The position numbers and the translations under genes are program-made. The notes beneath the pieces are model-generated. The model did no database searches. It saw nothing but the letters and a program-made list of their open reading frames with translations, and was not told the origin of the DNA. Source: Gordius albopunctatus (taxonomy: Eukaryota). From it: DNA of 64,000 nt. The DNA is taken from contig OZ193909.1 in assembly GCA_964276515.1 (NCBI GenBank), positions 12,152,001 to 12,216,000 on the forward strand. Reading direction: 5' to 3'. How positions within the stretch are numbered: the first letter of the stretch is position 1; every line of letters starts with the position of its first letter. Shown in pieces: positions 24,101 through 36,399 of the stretch.

Positions 24101-27100
24101 ATAACAGGGGAACAAGGGGTCCCTCCCAAGCCCAACCCAGGTATTGTGGATGTACAAAAAAAAATTCTCAATTTCTCTATCGCCGCGCACATTGGGCTGG
24201 ACCATGCAATGGGTCATGACATCGCGGATGTGCCCCCTCTTCACAAATGGCAAAGCTAAAACACGACGCACGCTGCGCTTGAAATCAGCATTTGATGAAT
24301 AAAGATTCTTCAGTTTGCCAGACCCAGCGTGTCGATAGATCGCCTGGCCAAAATGAAACAAGCAACCTAAAACTTATATAAACAAAACATTAAATTTTAC
24401 CCTTTATAATAATATTAGGGAAACAGGCTTCCAATGCCCCGATGCTTGCCCGTTCAAAATCAACCTGTGCATATTTTGGGGCGAAAACTAGCTGCAAGGT
24501 AGCACAAATCTGAATAAGTTTCCTGAACACTTTCTTATAAGTATCTTCGGTTTTATCAGGCAGAAGTGTATATACTACCGGAACCATGTGCTCCCGGTAA
24601 TAAGAATGAATTGTATAAATCTAAAAAAAACGTTACGGATATATTATAAAAATGTAAATACTTGAGTAAAATGTTGGGGGCAACATTTAAAGGTACCGTC
24701 AAAGATTTCCATATAACTCAAGAACACTCAGATATTCCTCACAAAAGTATATTTATCAAATTTTTTCTTATGGTGTATTTATCCTATCCCAAAATAAATA
24801 AAAATGAAACTTATATACAAATCAATACAATTGAAGCACCTACATCACTAGTTGTTTCTACGTCACCACTGGAAACACTTAACATGGAAAATATTTCTTG
24901 TTAGTAAATAGTTTAGTCGTTAGATGAACTATTTTAGGTTTTATAAATCGTGTACGAGCAAATTCAATAAATCCTCAAACTATTAGGACTACTTCAAGCT
25001 TATATACACCTTCACCTAGTGATCTTTATCAAAATGTTATCTGAAATTTAATTTTTTCAATAGGCCATGCATCTATTATTACACAAATTCCGATGAATCC
25101 TTAAACTATTAGAGATACTTCAAGCTTATATACACCTTCACATAGTAATCTTTATCAAAATGTTATCTGAAATTTAATTTCTTTCAATATGTCATACATA
25201 TATTATTACACAAATTCCAATGAATCCTCAAACTATTAGAGGTACTTCAAGCTTTATATACACCTTCACTTAGTAATCTTTATCAAAATGTTATATGAAA
25301 TTTAATTTTTTTTTCAATAGGTCATGCATCTATTATTACACAAATTCCAATGAATCCTCAAACTATTAGAGGTACAAGCTTATATACACCTTCAATTTAA
25401 ATATATTGTGAATTATAGATTTTTTATAGGACAGGCCTCTCTACCTTCCATGACAATTGATAACAATATCTCAAATAATATTATGTCTTTTTCAAGTAAA
25501 AATATATCAAATATATTTAATTTTTAATAAAGGGCCCTTAAACCTACTGACTGAATCAACACTTGATAACGTTACTCCTACATCAAGTAAAGTTAATCAT
25601 TTAAAGGATTTAATGTATAAATGTAAGGTTCTCTTGAAGATGCTCAACTATTATTGGATGCTTTCCAAATAATCCAGACAAATAACCAAAGTAATATTCT
25701 TTTAATATAAATTATATCACAGTTTTTAGTCAATGCTCCCGAGTTTTTGCCGTCAAACAATGGAACTTTGCTTTATTTTGAAAACTATCTTTACCGTAAA
25801 AATATGGAAAAGAATGGTACCGTTTACTACGGATGCCGTAAACTTTCATGTTCTGGCAGAGCAAAAGAGGTTTTAGGAATTATTTCTCAAATGCGTCCCC
25901 ATGGAAAAATAATCACTAACATTGCATTAAAAAATGGGGTTCTGGATGACCCTAAAGAAAGGATAAGCAAGATATATTACAAAGTCATAGCGGAGAAGCT
26001 GAGGGACAATCCTGACCTCAGGGACCATCCCGAAGCCACCCCACTGTTAAGGTCTGTTAAAAAAAAGCTTAAAAAAATGGATGCATTCAGGTACGACACG
26101 CCTAAGGATAATGACGACATTATCCTTAAGCCGCATCATTTCAAAACTCATGGTGGCGAAAACTTTTTGCTCCGGAACGAGGAAAATAGGATTTTTATTT
26201 TTGGGACAGGTGTGAATCCAAAAATATTTATTTTGACGGTACCTTTAAATGTTGCCCCCAACATTTTACTCAAGTATTTACATTTTTATAATATATCCGT
26301 AACGTTTTTTTAGATTTATACAATTCATTCTTATTACCGGGAGCACATGGTTCCGGTAGTATATACACTTCTGCCTGATAAAACCGAAGATACTTATAAG
26401 AAAGTGTTCAGGAAACTTATTTAGATTTGTGCTACCTTGCAGCTAGTTTTCGCCCCAAACTATGCACAGGTTGATTTTGAACGGGCAAGCACCGGGGCCT
26501 TGGAAGCCTGTTTCCCTAATATTATTATAAAGAGTAAAATTTAATGTTTTGTTTATATAAGTTTTAGGTTGCTTGTTTCATTTTGGCCAGGCGATCTATC
26601 GACACGCTGGGTCTGGCAAAATGAAGACTCTTTATTCATCAAACGCTGATTTCAAGCGCAGCGTTCGTCGTCTTTTAGCATTACCATTTGTGAAGAGAGG
26701 GCACATCCGTGATGTCATGACCCTTTGCATGGTCCAGCAGAATGTGCGCGGCGATGGAGAAATTGAGAATTTTTTTTTGTACATCCACAATACCTGGGTT
26801 GGGCTTGGGAGGGACCCCTTGTTCCCTTGTTATATGTGGCAAAGGCTTTATGCAGAGGGGTCCCGTACCAACAACCACCTGGAAGGGTTTCATAACGCTC
26901 TTAGAAGTGGGCTTAAACAAACCCACCCTACTATTTATGTGTTTGTTGATTTCCTGCAAGGCCTGCAAGAAAAAACTAATGTTGATTTGCTACACATCTC
27001 TCAGGGCAAGAGAGTCTATGAAACAAATAAAAAATACGCTTCTATAAATTATAATATAAATCGTCTTATAGCTCAATATACAAATGTATCTAACCCTGTG

Positions 27101-30100
27101 CCCCTATTTCCATATGTTGATGCCATCTCTAATTATATGCACTTACAAGGTCACAATGCCCCGTTATATGATGAAATCGATTTACAATAATAAATATAAA
27201 TTTGTTTAAATTTTAATTCTTAAATACAAGCTTGAAGATATGTTAATATTTCGCGCTGCATGTGTTTTATATTTACTCATAGACCATCTTATATTATTTA
27301 TTAGACTTAATTGTATATTTAAGGAAAATTATATCATCTCACTAAATATTTTGGAATGTCTTTACTATATTGGTTACATGCCAATAGTAAATGATCTTTA
27401 TTATTAAACGTTTCAATTTCACGCTCTAAAAAATCTTTTGCCCATATGGCTCACGTCAAAATGATAATTTGAATTACTTTTGCTGATATTACAAGCTCAA
27501 AAATATAAATAGTTTGGAACGGCTTTAATATATTCGCTAGATGCTAATAATTTATGATTTAAAATAATCTGTAACGGTTCATTTGCATGTCAAACAAATG
27601 CTTGCCCATAATGTGGGATGTTGAAATGATAGGTGCCCCCTCAACTTGCCGAAAACCATCTCGCCGAATTTAATGTGCCCCGGTTAAAAAAGGTCCCCCA
27701 TTTTGTGATTGGTTGAATGGGGGACTATTTTAAATTAGGGGACCTTTTTTAGCCGGGGAACATTAAATTCGGCGAGTTGATAGGGCACCGAAATGATACA
27801 TTTAATACTACTGGGTATATATTAAAAGATAGCATATATAATATTCACGTTTTAAATATCAGAAAGCTCTATAAAAGTAACGCAAGGAAATTTTAATTAC
27901 CTTCAAATACTTAGCCAGAAATTCTCAAACGAGCCGGAAATACCTTGTAGTGGTGGTTAAGTTTGTGTACTCTCGTGATCCAAGAAGCTATACCTTTGGT
28001 AGCCAAACACAATTTTTATGTTTGTTACTGGTGGGGTCACCCTATTGGCAAAGTTCTTTGTGAAGGGTCAGACTAAAATTTCTGGGCTTTTGAAGGGAGT
28101 ATTTTGTGAAATTGAAGTGCTAGATTAAGCTTATCAATACGAGTGGTCGAAAGAAAAGTTTAATTCACCAAAATGGCTGCATCATAAAGAATAGTAGGTA
28201 GTCAAGCGCCAAAATCTAACATAGTTCCGTCAGACTTGGAAGGCCGGGATATCTATACTCCCTCATTCCATATAAACCAAAATGTATACTATAACAAAGA
28301 CGCAGAATGAAAACCATAGGGCGTCCCCCTTAAGCGACGCGCGCATTCTTCGCCTGGAATGTGTGGGAAATAAACGAAGGCTACCGCTCTCTCAGCAAAA
28401 GGAAGCGGTTAAAGACATTAGTTTGCGAAGGATAAAGTTTGGCTCATGGAATATTGGTACAATGACTAGCAAGAGCAGAGAATTGGCAGACGTTCTAAGG
28501 AGGAGAAAAATCGATATCGCGTGTATACAAGAGACCAAATAGAAGGGCCAAAAAGCAAAATACATAGGGGACGGATACAAATTACATTTTTACGGTACAG
28601 AAACTCACCGGAATGGCTTCGGTAAAGTGCTATCGGAAGAATTTCAGCAAACTGTCGCCGACGCTAAGAGAATCAATGACATAATTATGGCGATACAGCT
28701 TTGTTATAAATCTACTACGATAAACGTTATATCAGCATACGCCCCTCAAAGTGGATGCTCTGAGACGGAAAAAGAGTCTTTTTGGAAGGAGCTTGAAGAT
28801 GTTCTATCCCAATTCGGTAAAGAAGGAATAATAATTATCGGAGCGGACCTCAATGGACACGTGGGCAAATCAAGGGGAGGATTTGAAAGAAATCACGGTG
28901 GTCGGGGTTACGGCCTAAGAAATGAAGGAGGTACGGAAATTCTAGAAATTGCTCAAGCTTTTGACCTAGCAATAGGAAATACCTTCTTCAAAAAGTGACA
29001 GGAACATCTTATAACGTACAAAAGCGGCAGTTGTACCACTCAGATAGATTTCTTTCTAGTCAAGAGAGCGCAATTAAAGTATGTTCAAAATGTTAAGGTA
29101 ATACCGAATGAAATATTGGCCTGCCAACACAAGCTGTTGGTGATGGACTTTATATTAAAGGGCCTTAAAGGGCAGAAGGTACAAAGAGTAGCCGCTACTA
29201 TACAATGGAGGAAACTAAAAGATAATATTCAACATTTTCAGGAACAAGTAATTAAACATGCTGAATTTAAGGAGAATACTTCATGTGAGGATCAATGGAA
29301 TGGTATAGCTGCCACAATGCGAAAAGCGGGGCGAAAAATACTAGGTGAAAGCAAGCCCACTAAAAGAATTCTCAAGGAAACGTGGTGGTGGAATGAAGTG
29401 CAAAAATGTATCAAGGAAAAGAAGAGATTGTACAAAGTTTGGTATAAAAGTAAGGATAGTAATGATAAGCAAGCTTACCAAGTAGCTAAAAGATCGGCTA
29501 AAAAATTCGTAGCCAAAGCTAAAAACAAGGTGTACGACGATATAAATGTAAAACTAAAATCAAAGGAAGGAGAAAGATTCATCTACAAAATCGCAAAGTC
29601 AAGGTCCCGAAATTCTAAAGATTACCTAGAATGCCGGCTAATTAAGGGTCAAAAGGGAGAAATACTAACACACGACAGCCATATACTACAAAGATGGTAC
29701 GAGTATTATAGCGATTTATCAATTGAAAAGGGGCCCGTAGTCGAAGACACTAACGAGGAAAATACAATAGGAGAATTAAACACAGCGGAAAAAATCACGG
29801 GCCGGGCCGGGCAATCTGGTCTCTGATCACCCATCCTATAATTGTAATGGGTCTATTTTCGTTGTTGTGTTTATTTTAAAAACACGTTAGACGAGTCAAA
29901 GCAAATAAGATATAGTTACCCTGTCACTTATGACCCCTAGAACTTAATTTATTTATATAATTTTATTTAAATTTGGTGTTAAAAGAAAGGATTGCCTTGA
30001 TAAAAAAACTGTTAACCTATAAATTGTACATAAAAACACTTATATGGGGAAAAATAGAAATTATTTTTTATGGCCACAATAGCCCCAATTAATTCCTTCT

Positions 30101-33100
30101 AATTCAGCTAAAAAATGCATAAAAAAAGTAAATAGATCTTACACGAACTACCTGACCTTTTACCGGAACGAGAGATTTATCGATGGGAAACAGCTTGGTG
30201 GAAAGGAGGCCCGTGCAATTGACGACAACATCAAAATCTTTCCCATCACCCGATTGGACGATTAAATTTTTAACCTGTCAACAATGCATTATTAGATTTT
30301 AAAGTGTTTATGCATTTATACCTACCAATGAATTGTATGTAAAATATCGGATATATACTTAATTATTCGCCTATAATTTACTCCTTCTTTGTAAAAACTG
30401 CTTCAAGTATAAACATACAATGTCAGTTTGCATTAAAACAATCTCAATATTAAAAAATATGTTAAATTTACAAACGTAAAATTTGTATTTATCAAATTCT
30501 CTTCCATGTTACATTAATTTACGTCCCCCTGCTGTATAAACTCAAAACAAACTATTTCTAGATGGTAAACTAAATCGTCTTTAATATATCTCCGAATTTT
30601 AAAGAATTACAATAAAAATAAGATGAATATTTCTAGCATCCTTATCCAAAAATCATGGGCTTAATCTAGGGATGATTAAACCGGAATTCCCCAAAACTAG
30701 GCCAAAATAATGTCTTTAACATTTGTTTAAATCTTAAATAAACACGGCAGGTCTAGCTTAAGTTAAATGATTCAGTCTTCAATTAAATTGGGGCAAAAAA
30801 AACAATAGGCGACTGAAGTGTGGGAAAAAATAAGATAACGGCTCAACACAGCCATGAGGTAACTTTACAATAACAAACCAATCGCTTAGTCAGGTCTAAT
30901 ACATTAGATCAAATTATAAAATTGAACATAGCTAAAGCCTACTATAAATCAACCATCTTTGTTGTTTTGGCCATCCTAACTTATTAAAATAAAAAAAGTT
31001 GAGGGGAATGAATAAATTTAAAAAACTACGTTCCCAACGACTTTAGCAAAGTTATAAAGAATCCGGATTAAATCGTACCAACTGCTAGAGAAAAATCGAA
31101 ATCTCATTTAAACAAAAAAAACTTATATTAGCAATGTCATTATGGCTAGAGATATTTAGGCCAAATGTAGGTATACTATTTAACATCCAGATTAAGCCAA
31201 CATCTAAATAATGGCAGAGTAGCAAAATTATAAAATATAAATTTAGCTATGATGGGTACATCTAAACGTTGCTTTAAGTATTAATATTATACGTAACTCG
31301 GTGCAAACATACAGTATAATTAATCGGGATTTATTGCTACGACAAATACGCAAGGCCTTACAGGCTACTTGTCATAAATCTAAAAATATTATCTTTATTA
31401 ATTTTTGATAACATTCAAATGAGCCGGGCATAGCACTCTAACAAATGACGTGCTCGGTGTGTCCCGAATTCCAAATTATTAACCATTTTTACATCCAAAC
31501 ATGATCGTGATTAAGGATAGATAAATTAATTTGTTCATAAGTTAAAATAAAATTCGCAAAAATTTCGAGGTTGGCCAGGTCGGACAAAATGTAAAAAAAA
31601 CATTTCGGGCGAACCATGCGGGTAAAAAGATTTTAAAAAATTAGTGGAGAGGCAATATATCATGATCATGGGAAGTTGAATACAAAACAATGCTTTTTTT
31701 GACTGAGCTTGATACAAGATAATTTTACTGGGCTTGAGTGCAAAAACTCTACCCTAACTATTAACTTTTATTAAGGGCTATCAAATAAATTAAGTTTTTT
31801 AAAAATGTTTTGCGAGGGCGTGGCCTATTGAGTAAGCTTATAATAAAACTGGTGATTTCAACCTTCCTCTTGCTTAATGGATTTGATAGACTACTGTATA
31901 GAGTTAAATCAACTTCACATAAAATGTTGTAAAGTAACGATTTGAGAGTAAAAATTTTAAATCCAACATCGATATTAAGATCAAATGCAATTAAATAGCA
32001 GAATTGGAGGAGCAAAAATATCTTCACAACATGTTATTAATCAATATTTTGAGAGTACCAGACGGTGTTGTAAAAACGGATGGGTTGTTTTGTTTGGTCG
32101 ACCTTAGGCCTGCACCGATCACCCGAACCTCGGGTCGGGTTCGGGTTTAAAATTTAAAAACGCCTCCTTCGGGTCGGGTTCGGATTGAAAAAAGTTGCAG
32201 GCCTCAACGTTTTACTAAGATTAACGCTCGACTCCTCTGGTCTTTTTTTCAAATTTTGACCAAGAGGTCGTCGACTAAACATAAAGAGACCAAAAAACAC
32301 TTGTTTAGTCGACTAAAATCAAAAGTCGGCCAAAAGTATATGTTACATCTTTTAGGTTTTCAATCGTATAATTGATAACGTGACCTCCCCTCTCAGTGAA
32401 CTGTATCATGAGGTGAGGCAAATATCTCCTACAGTCTGTCACGATCGTAGTAAAAAAGCACCCATATCTATAATATTTCATAAAATTTCGTTTAAAATAG
32501 ATTTTTGTTGATGAGAAATAGATATATAAAACAAATAAACTTGATTCTACATCAAGCAGAAAATCAGCATGGAAATTGTGAAATATAATACAATCTCAAT
32601 CCATGGCTCGATGCCAGATTATTAATTTAATATATTTTAGCATATAAAATACATAATTATTTGGAAATAAACTTTTATCGATATAAAAAAGAAGACTTGT
32701 AATTAGGTTAATTTACTTCCTTTGTTCGGTGTTTAAATCCTTCATTTCTCCTTCCTCCAATTCTCTATAATTCCACACGATATTTTTATACCACAAATTC
32801 TGCAGTGCAAAATTAGAAACGCGCTTAAATAAAAAATAGCTTTAGTTGCATGAAATTTAGAGATTCGCGTTTGAAATAAACGCTAGAAACCAATGTGTAG
32901 GTTAATAATAATTTAAAAGTAACGAGTCTTCCGAAGCTGGGGCTAAAAATTAAAATTCAATCGGGCCTCGAGCTTGGGTCGGGCCTGATGGGTCCGCCCA
33001 ACCCGAGGTCCGAGGCAAAATCTAGCTAAAAGATTTCTTAAATCTTTTTACTAATTCCTTTATTTAATAGGCGATTTAGAAGAGACAAAATATTTTAAGT

Positions 33101-35779
33101 TAAATGAAAGGTGAGGGTGGGTATTCTGAATCAATTTTTTTATATAAATTTAAATTTTAAAAAAGTCGGGCCCAGCTCGAGTTCAAATCGGGCCTGAATA
33201 AAAAAATTTTGAGCTCGGGTCGTGCTCGGGCAAAATAAAATAAAAGTGTCGGGCTCGGGTCGGGCTGCTGAATGAATGCCATTTTGCAGGGCTCTATTTA
33301 AAGGTAACAATCAAACTTTAAATAAAAAACTTTATTTTTAAAATTCTAAAAGCTACTATGGACATATATAATTACTAGAAACAAATTTGCAATTTTGATA
33401 AAATGATTATAGAAAGGGGGAAAGGCTAGAGTCTAAAAGTTATATTATGTAGGCTGTACAAAGATATTTAGTTTAATGTCTGAGTTGGATTTATCTGACA
33501 TTTTATAAATAATTAATTAGCTTGGGTTAAATTGGGCCTGGCTGCCACATCAGGCCGACCCGCGCCCGCTGCCCGAACAGGCCGGGCCAGGCAATTGTCC
33601 TAAATTTTTATTTTCGGGCGGGCCCGGGCGGGCGGCACGAAGATAGGATTCGGGCAATTCGGGCTTAATGAGATTTTTTAAATAGTGATATTTAGTTACT
33701 TTTTATTTTATTGCATATGAAAATGCTAAAAAAGTCAAGAAACTTGATTTCGCCATCACAAAGTTTCTCCAATATTCCCTTATCATTCGTCGCTTTCGCT
33801 AAGTTACTAATAGAAATTTTTATGATAAAAAATTTCTATACCTTTATTTTTTTGCTTTAAGTTAAAAGAATTATCCATAAATTGCATTTAAATTCTATTG
33901 ATAAATTATTGTCTTTTTATCAAAAAAGTAAGTTTTAACAGAGCACAGATTGACTAATTCAACTAATTTTATTCATTAAGAAGTTTATTTATGGGCAGGG
34001 CAAAGGGGTTAACTCAAAAGGGGAGTATAATTTCGTTTATTGTAATATTATTTATTAAATATGTAAACTTTAAAGTTAATTAAAAAATTGCTACATAAAT
34101 ATTTTCATGGACTTGTTTTATTAAATATGCCATTAATTTAATGCTTATTTTTTAATTGCGGTTGAAAGAATTTGAGATCGCAAAATTTTGGGCCTAACAG
34201 GCAAATTTAATATTTCGGGCCGGGCAGTTTTAATGTTTCGGGCGGGCAACTAGAAAGTTTGGGCGGGCAATGAAGTTAAAAAATTGAACCGGGCCGGGTT
34301 CGGGCATAAAATTCCTAACAAATCTGACCTCTGATACACAGTTCAAAAAACCCAAAAAATGTTTTTCCTCAATAAAATTCTAATTTTTTACTTTTTCGGA
34401 TAATTTTTTATTTATATATGACCCAATACACAAATGGTTAAAATTTTAATGTTTTATCGTATTTTTAATAATAAGTACTAAGATACAAGTAGCCTCGGGC
34501 TATAACTAGCCCTCTACCTTATATTTTATAATTAAAATTTTAATTACAACTAAAACGTGGGATACTCATATTAGACTTTAGTATGGAAATATATATACAT
34601 GACGAAACAAAAGGAAATGGTAAAAATCAGCATATTTAAATTACAAGAATACTACTATTAGAGTGTACCTTTATATAAAGTACTAATAGATTCTAAACAT
34701 TTCTAAATCATATTATGACAGACATATCTAATGATTAAAACAAAATGTAAAATTATATAAAAAGATCACAACCCACAGAAAATTCCTATATCTTAGGAAC
34801 TATAGGTCTAAAATGCACATAATTTTATAGATTTTATATTTTTATTGAGCTCTTTAAAAACTAAAATACCAACCCACTTAATTTTGGATACTTAGAAATA
34901 TGTCTTAGTTCATATGATTTGTAAAATTAAAAAAAGATTAATATAAATTTAATATTTAAATTGCATAGCTATTAGGAAAAACAAAACTCAAATCTTATTT
35001 TACAATATGCAAACTTTGTACTATTGTTCAGTATTATATTTTATAAGTTTTGAAAAATGACTCTATTAACTAATAAATATATGTATTAATATCAAAAAAT
35101 GTAACTAAGATTTCATAGTAAAATGTACCTATAAATTTAATTACATATTTTTAAGATACAAACCCATACAAATATGCAACAAGTTAACTATTTTACATAA
35201 ATCTTCTTTAAATAATGTGGCACAAAATGTTTTTTTACAAAAATTAAAAGATTTTTGTGTTAACAATTAAAACTTAACGTTGATATGTGTATTTAATAGG
35301 AAACCTTGGGAATTGGGTAACCAGTTAGTAATCTATTAGACAAACTTAGGATTACTTCTAAAAATTTTTATGGGTGAAACAAAAGTGTGCATTATGAAGT
35401 ATTTCTTTTATAATAAAGACAAATGTAAGTCCATATAATGGTACCTTAACTAGATCCTGTTGATCAGAGAGCATATATCCAGACACTAGTTGTGTTCCAT
35501 ATCTCCCAGCCTGGGGAGATTGCACACATTCCATAAATTTACCAAAAGTACTCTCATACACGTATCTATAAATTATACTTATAAATATCAATAATACTTG
35601 CTAGAATCTTTATCAGTAAAACAAATAGGTGGGCGAAATAGTCCTGCTGCTCCATCACTCAGTGTATGTTTATTAAATTTGTCAGCAATTATAGTGACGT
35701 CAGCATTTCGTAAGCTATCTTGAATAGCAATGCCAGTTGATATACCAATTACACCCGCTCCAATTATTGCAACCTTCAT
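15194..35779 (-). CDS. DDO: D-aspartate oxidase / D-amino-acid oxidase family FAD oxidase, 8 exons, 341 aa
   Basis: Exons 35779-35598, 35565-35445, 32799-32717, 32467-32347, 30274-30143, 18449-18370, 18236-18119 and 15382-15194 are all GT-AG and phase-consistent (1026 nt). Motifs: MKVAIIGAGVIG, SDGAAG, YGCFFTT, DVVVNCTGL, PVKGQV, APWIKHF, YIIP, LGGTR (Arg as in DDO), GLRPYR, IIHNYGHGGNGISLSWGCA. Confidence 0.92.
15596..15749. mobile_element. Short hAT-type MITE, 154 bp
   Basis: TIRs catggcgtagccag / ttggttacgcccatg. Perfect 8-bp TSD ctaaaagc (15588-15595, 15750-15757). Confidence 0.85.
18655..19415 (+). mobile_element. Non-autonomous piggyBac MITE, 761 bp
   Basis: TTAA on both flanks. 17-bp TIR ccctccaatgtacttat / ataagtacattggaagg (1 mismatch). 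Subterminal ggggt...accccata repeats. Homologous to the ends of the piggyBac fossil at 56003-~58000. Confidence 0.88.
19472..20228 (-). mobile_element. HINE/DINE-1-like non-autonomous Helentron
   Basis: Subterminal inverted repeats ttgctatgcaatttatgg (19542) / ccataaattgcatagcaa (20207), GTCC-type repeats near the 5' end, central tandem repeats, and 3' hairpin gggccttcggccc (19477-19489) followed by ctagt in element orientation. Confidence 0.8.
20700..22540 (+). mobile_element. Degenerate Ty3/Gypsy LTR retrotransposon 3' portion (end of RNase H, integrase, extra GC-rich region, PPT and LTR start)
   Basis: YRKGKSNHLPDTLSRL; IPSVLRPQVLELLHPGHTGRAKMKGIAKIHVWWP (integrase Zn finger); TPPYHP; FKIGDAVWARNY...WLEAKI. 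Frameshifted. Purine tract gaaagaatgagg then tgtaagg at 22514. Confidence 0.85.
22754..23205 (+). mobile_element. Non-autonomous Helitron 5' portion (same family as 42136-45234), truncated by the MULE palindrome
   Basis: a|TCtatatatataa start, short TATG microsatellite, and ~135-bp internal repeat gctaaattctgaaactaccggccc. Closely similar to 42465-42865. Confidence 0.7.
23726..24703 (-). pseudogene. Inverted 3' half of the MULE transposase (left arm)
   Basis: Starts at the DGTF motif and keeps both introns. PVVYTLLPDK, VDFE, GCLFH and RTNNHLEGFH are present. C-terminal frameshift relative to the right arm. Confidence 0.85.
24960..25395. repeat. ~122-bp tandem repeat, about 3.5 copies, inside the MULE spacer
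   Basis: aatcctcaaactattag...cttcaagcttatatacaccttca recurs at ~24970, 25096, 25223 and 25353. Confidence 0.85.
25747..27190 (+). pseudogene. MULE transposase with N-terminal FLYWCH-like Zn finger, spliced, disrupted
   Basis: LYFENYLYRKN...YYGCRKLSCSGRA; YFDGTFKCCPQHFTQ|IYTIH (40-nt intron 26274-26313); PVVYTLLPDK; VDFE; (G/S)CLFH (34-nt intron 26534-26567); RTNNHLEGFH. In-frame TAG at ~26422 where the left arm has CAG. Confidence 0.88.
28200..29795 (+). mobile_element. RTE-clade LINE, 3'-truncated (AP-endonuclease and linker only)
   Basis: KFGSWNIGTM, DIACIQETK, ISAYAPQ, GADLNGHVG, NTFFKK, TQIDF, QHKLLV, ETWWWNE. Premature stops. Ends before the RT domain. Confidence 0.88.
32105..32207. 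mobile_element. ~100-bp deletion derivative of the hAT element at 50996-55516
   Basis: taggcctgcac...cacccgaac...gggtcgggttcggattgaaaaaagttgcaggcctc reproduces both ends of the larger element in reverse orientation. Confidence 0.65.
32930..34333. mobile_element. Degenerate hAT MITEs with gggcc/gggtc subterminal repeats in DDO intron 2
   Basis: Clusters of cgggc/cgggtc motifs. Ends tgcagggctcta (~33296) and aatctgacctctg (34333). Confidence 0.55.
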
Positions 35780-36399
35780 TAGGCACCAAACAAAAGTTTA
35801 AATAATAGCATAATTTTAAATGGCCAATGTTACACGATCCAAATTTTTGCACTATATAAGCGATTAGGCATCTCATTTTATTCAATCCAAAAAAATAACA
35901 AGGTGTCAATTTGTTATTTTCATAAACGGAAAACCTCGAAATCGGAACAATGAAACATTTTAAACAATAAAAATTTTAGGCGCAATTTTTTAAATATCCT
36001 CAGAATTTAAGTTTATTGATAATGATCGCTGGACGACCGAAATATCTAAACCAATTTCCACCCTCGCACTTTATCAATCCCAGGTTACCACTGTTTCAAA
36101 TAAATTCTATATTATTCAAAGGATTGGTATTACATAATTATATTAAATATGATTTTTGAACAGTTATTTAAAATTATTTTCAAAATAAAATATATAGGTA
36201 TAAGGGAGTCTTGAACTCGCAAACTAAGTTAGAGAAGCCTGCACCGTAGAAGGTGGATTACCAGTGGTCCCATAAAATTTGATTTTTTTATTAATATATT
36301 AATAGCAAAATGCTTTTTTCCTAAAATTATACTTCCCTTCGGTGCTACTTTCAAATTTAACTCGATGAACATGGAACTTACATTCTCAGGTTATCAGAC

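Larger units (their letters stand above)
23210..27800. mobile_element. MULE (Mutator-like, FLYWCH) element forming a ~4.5-kb inverted repeat with ~1.5-kb arms
   Basis: 23210-24703 is the reverse complement of 26232-27725 with scattered substitutions. Mirrored ORFs appear in the track (23726-24361 minus, 26573-27190 plus). Confidence 0.9.

Noticed and set aside
30360..31500. Candidate extra DDO exons
   Set aside because: Exons 32467-32347 and 30274-30143 already join in phase and give a normal-length enzyme.
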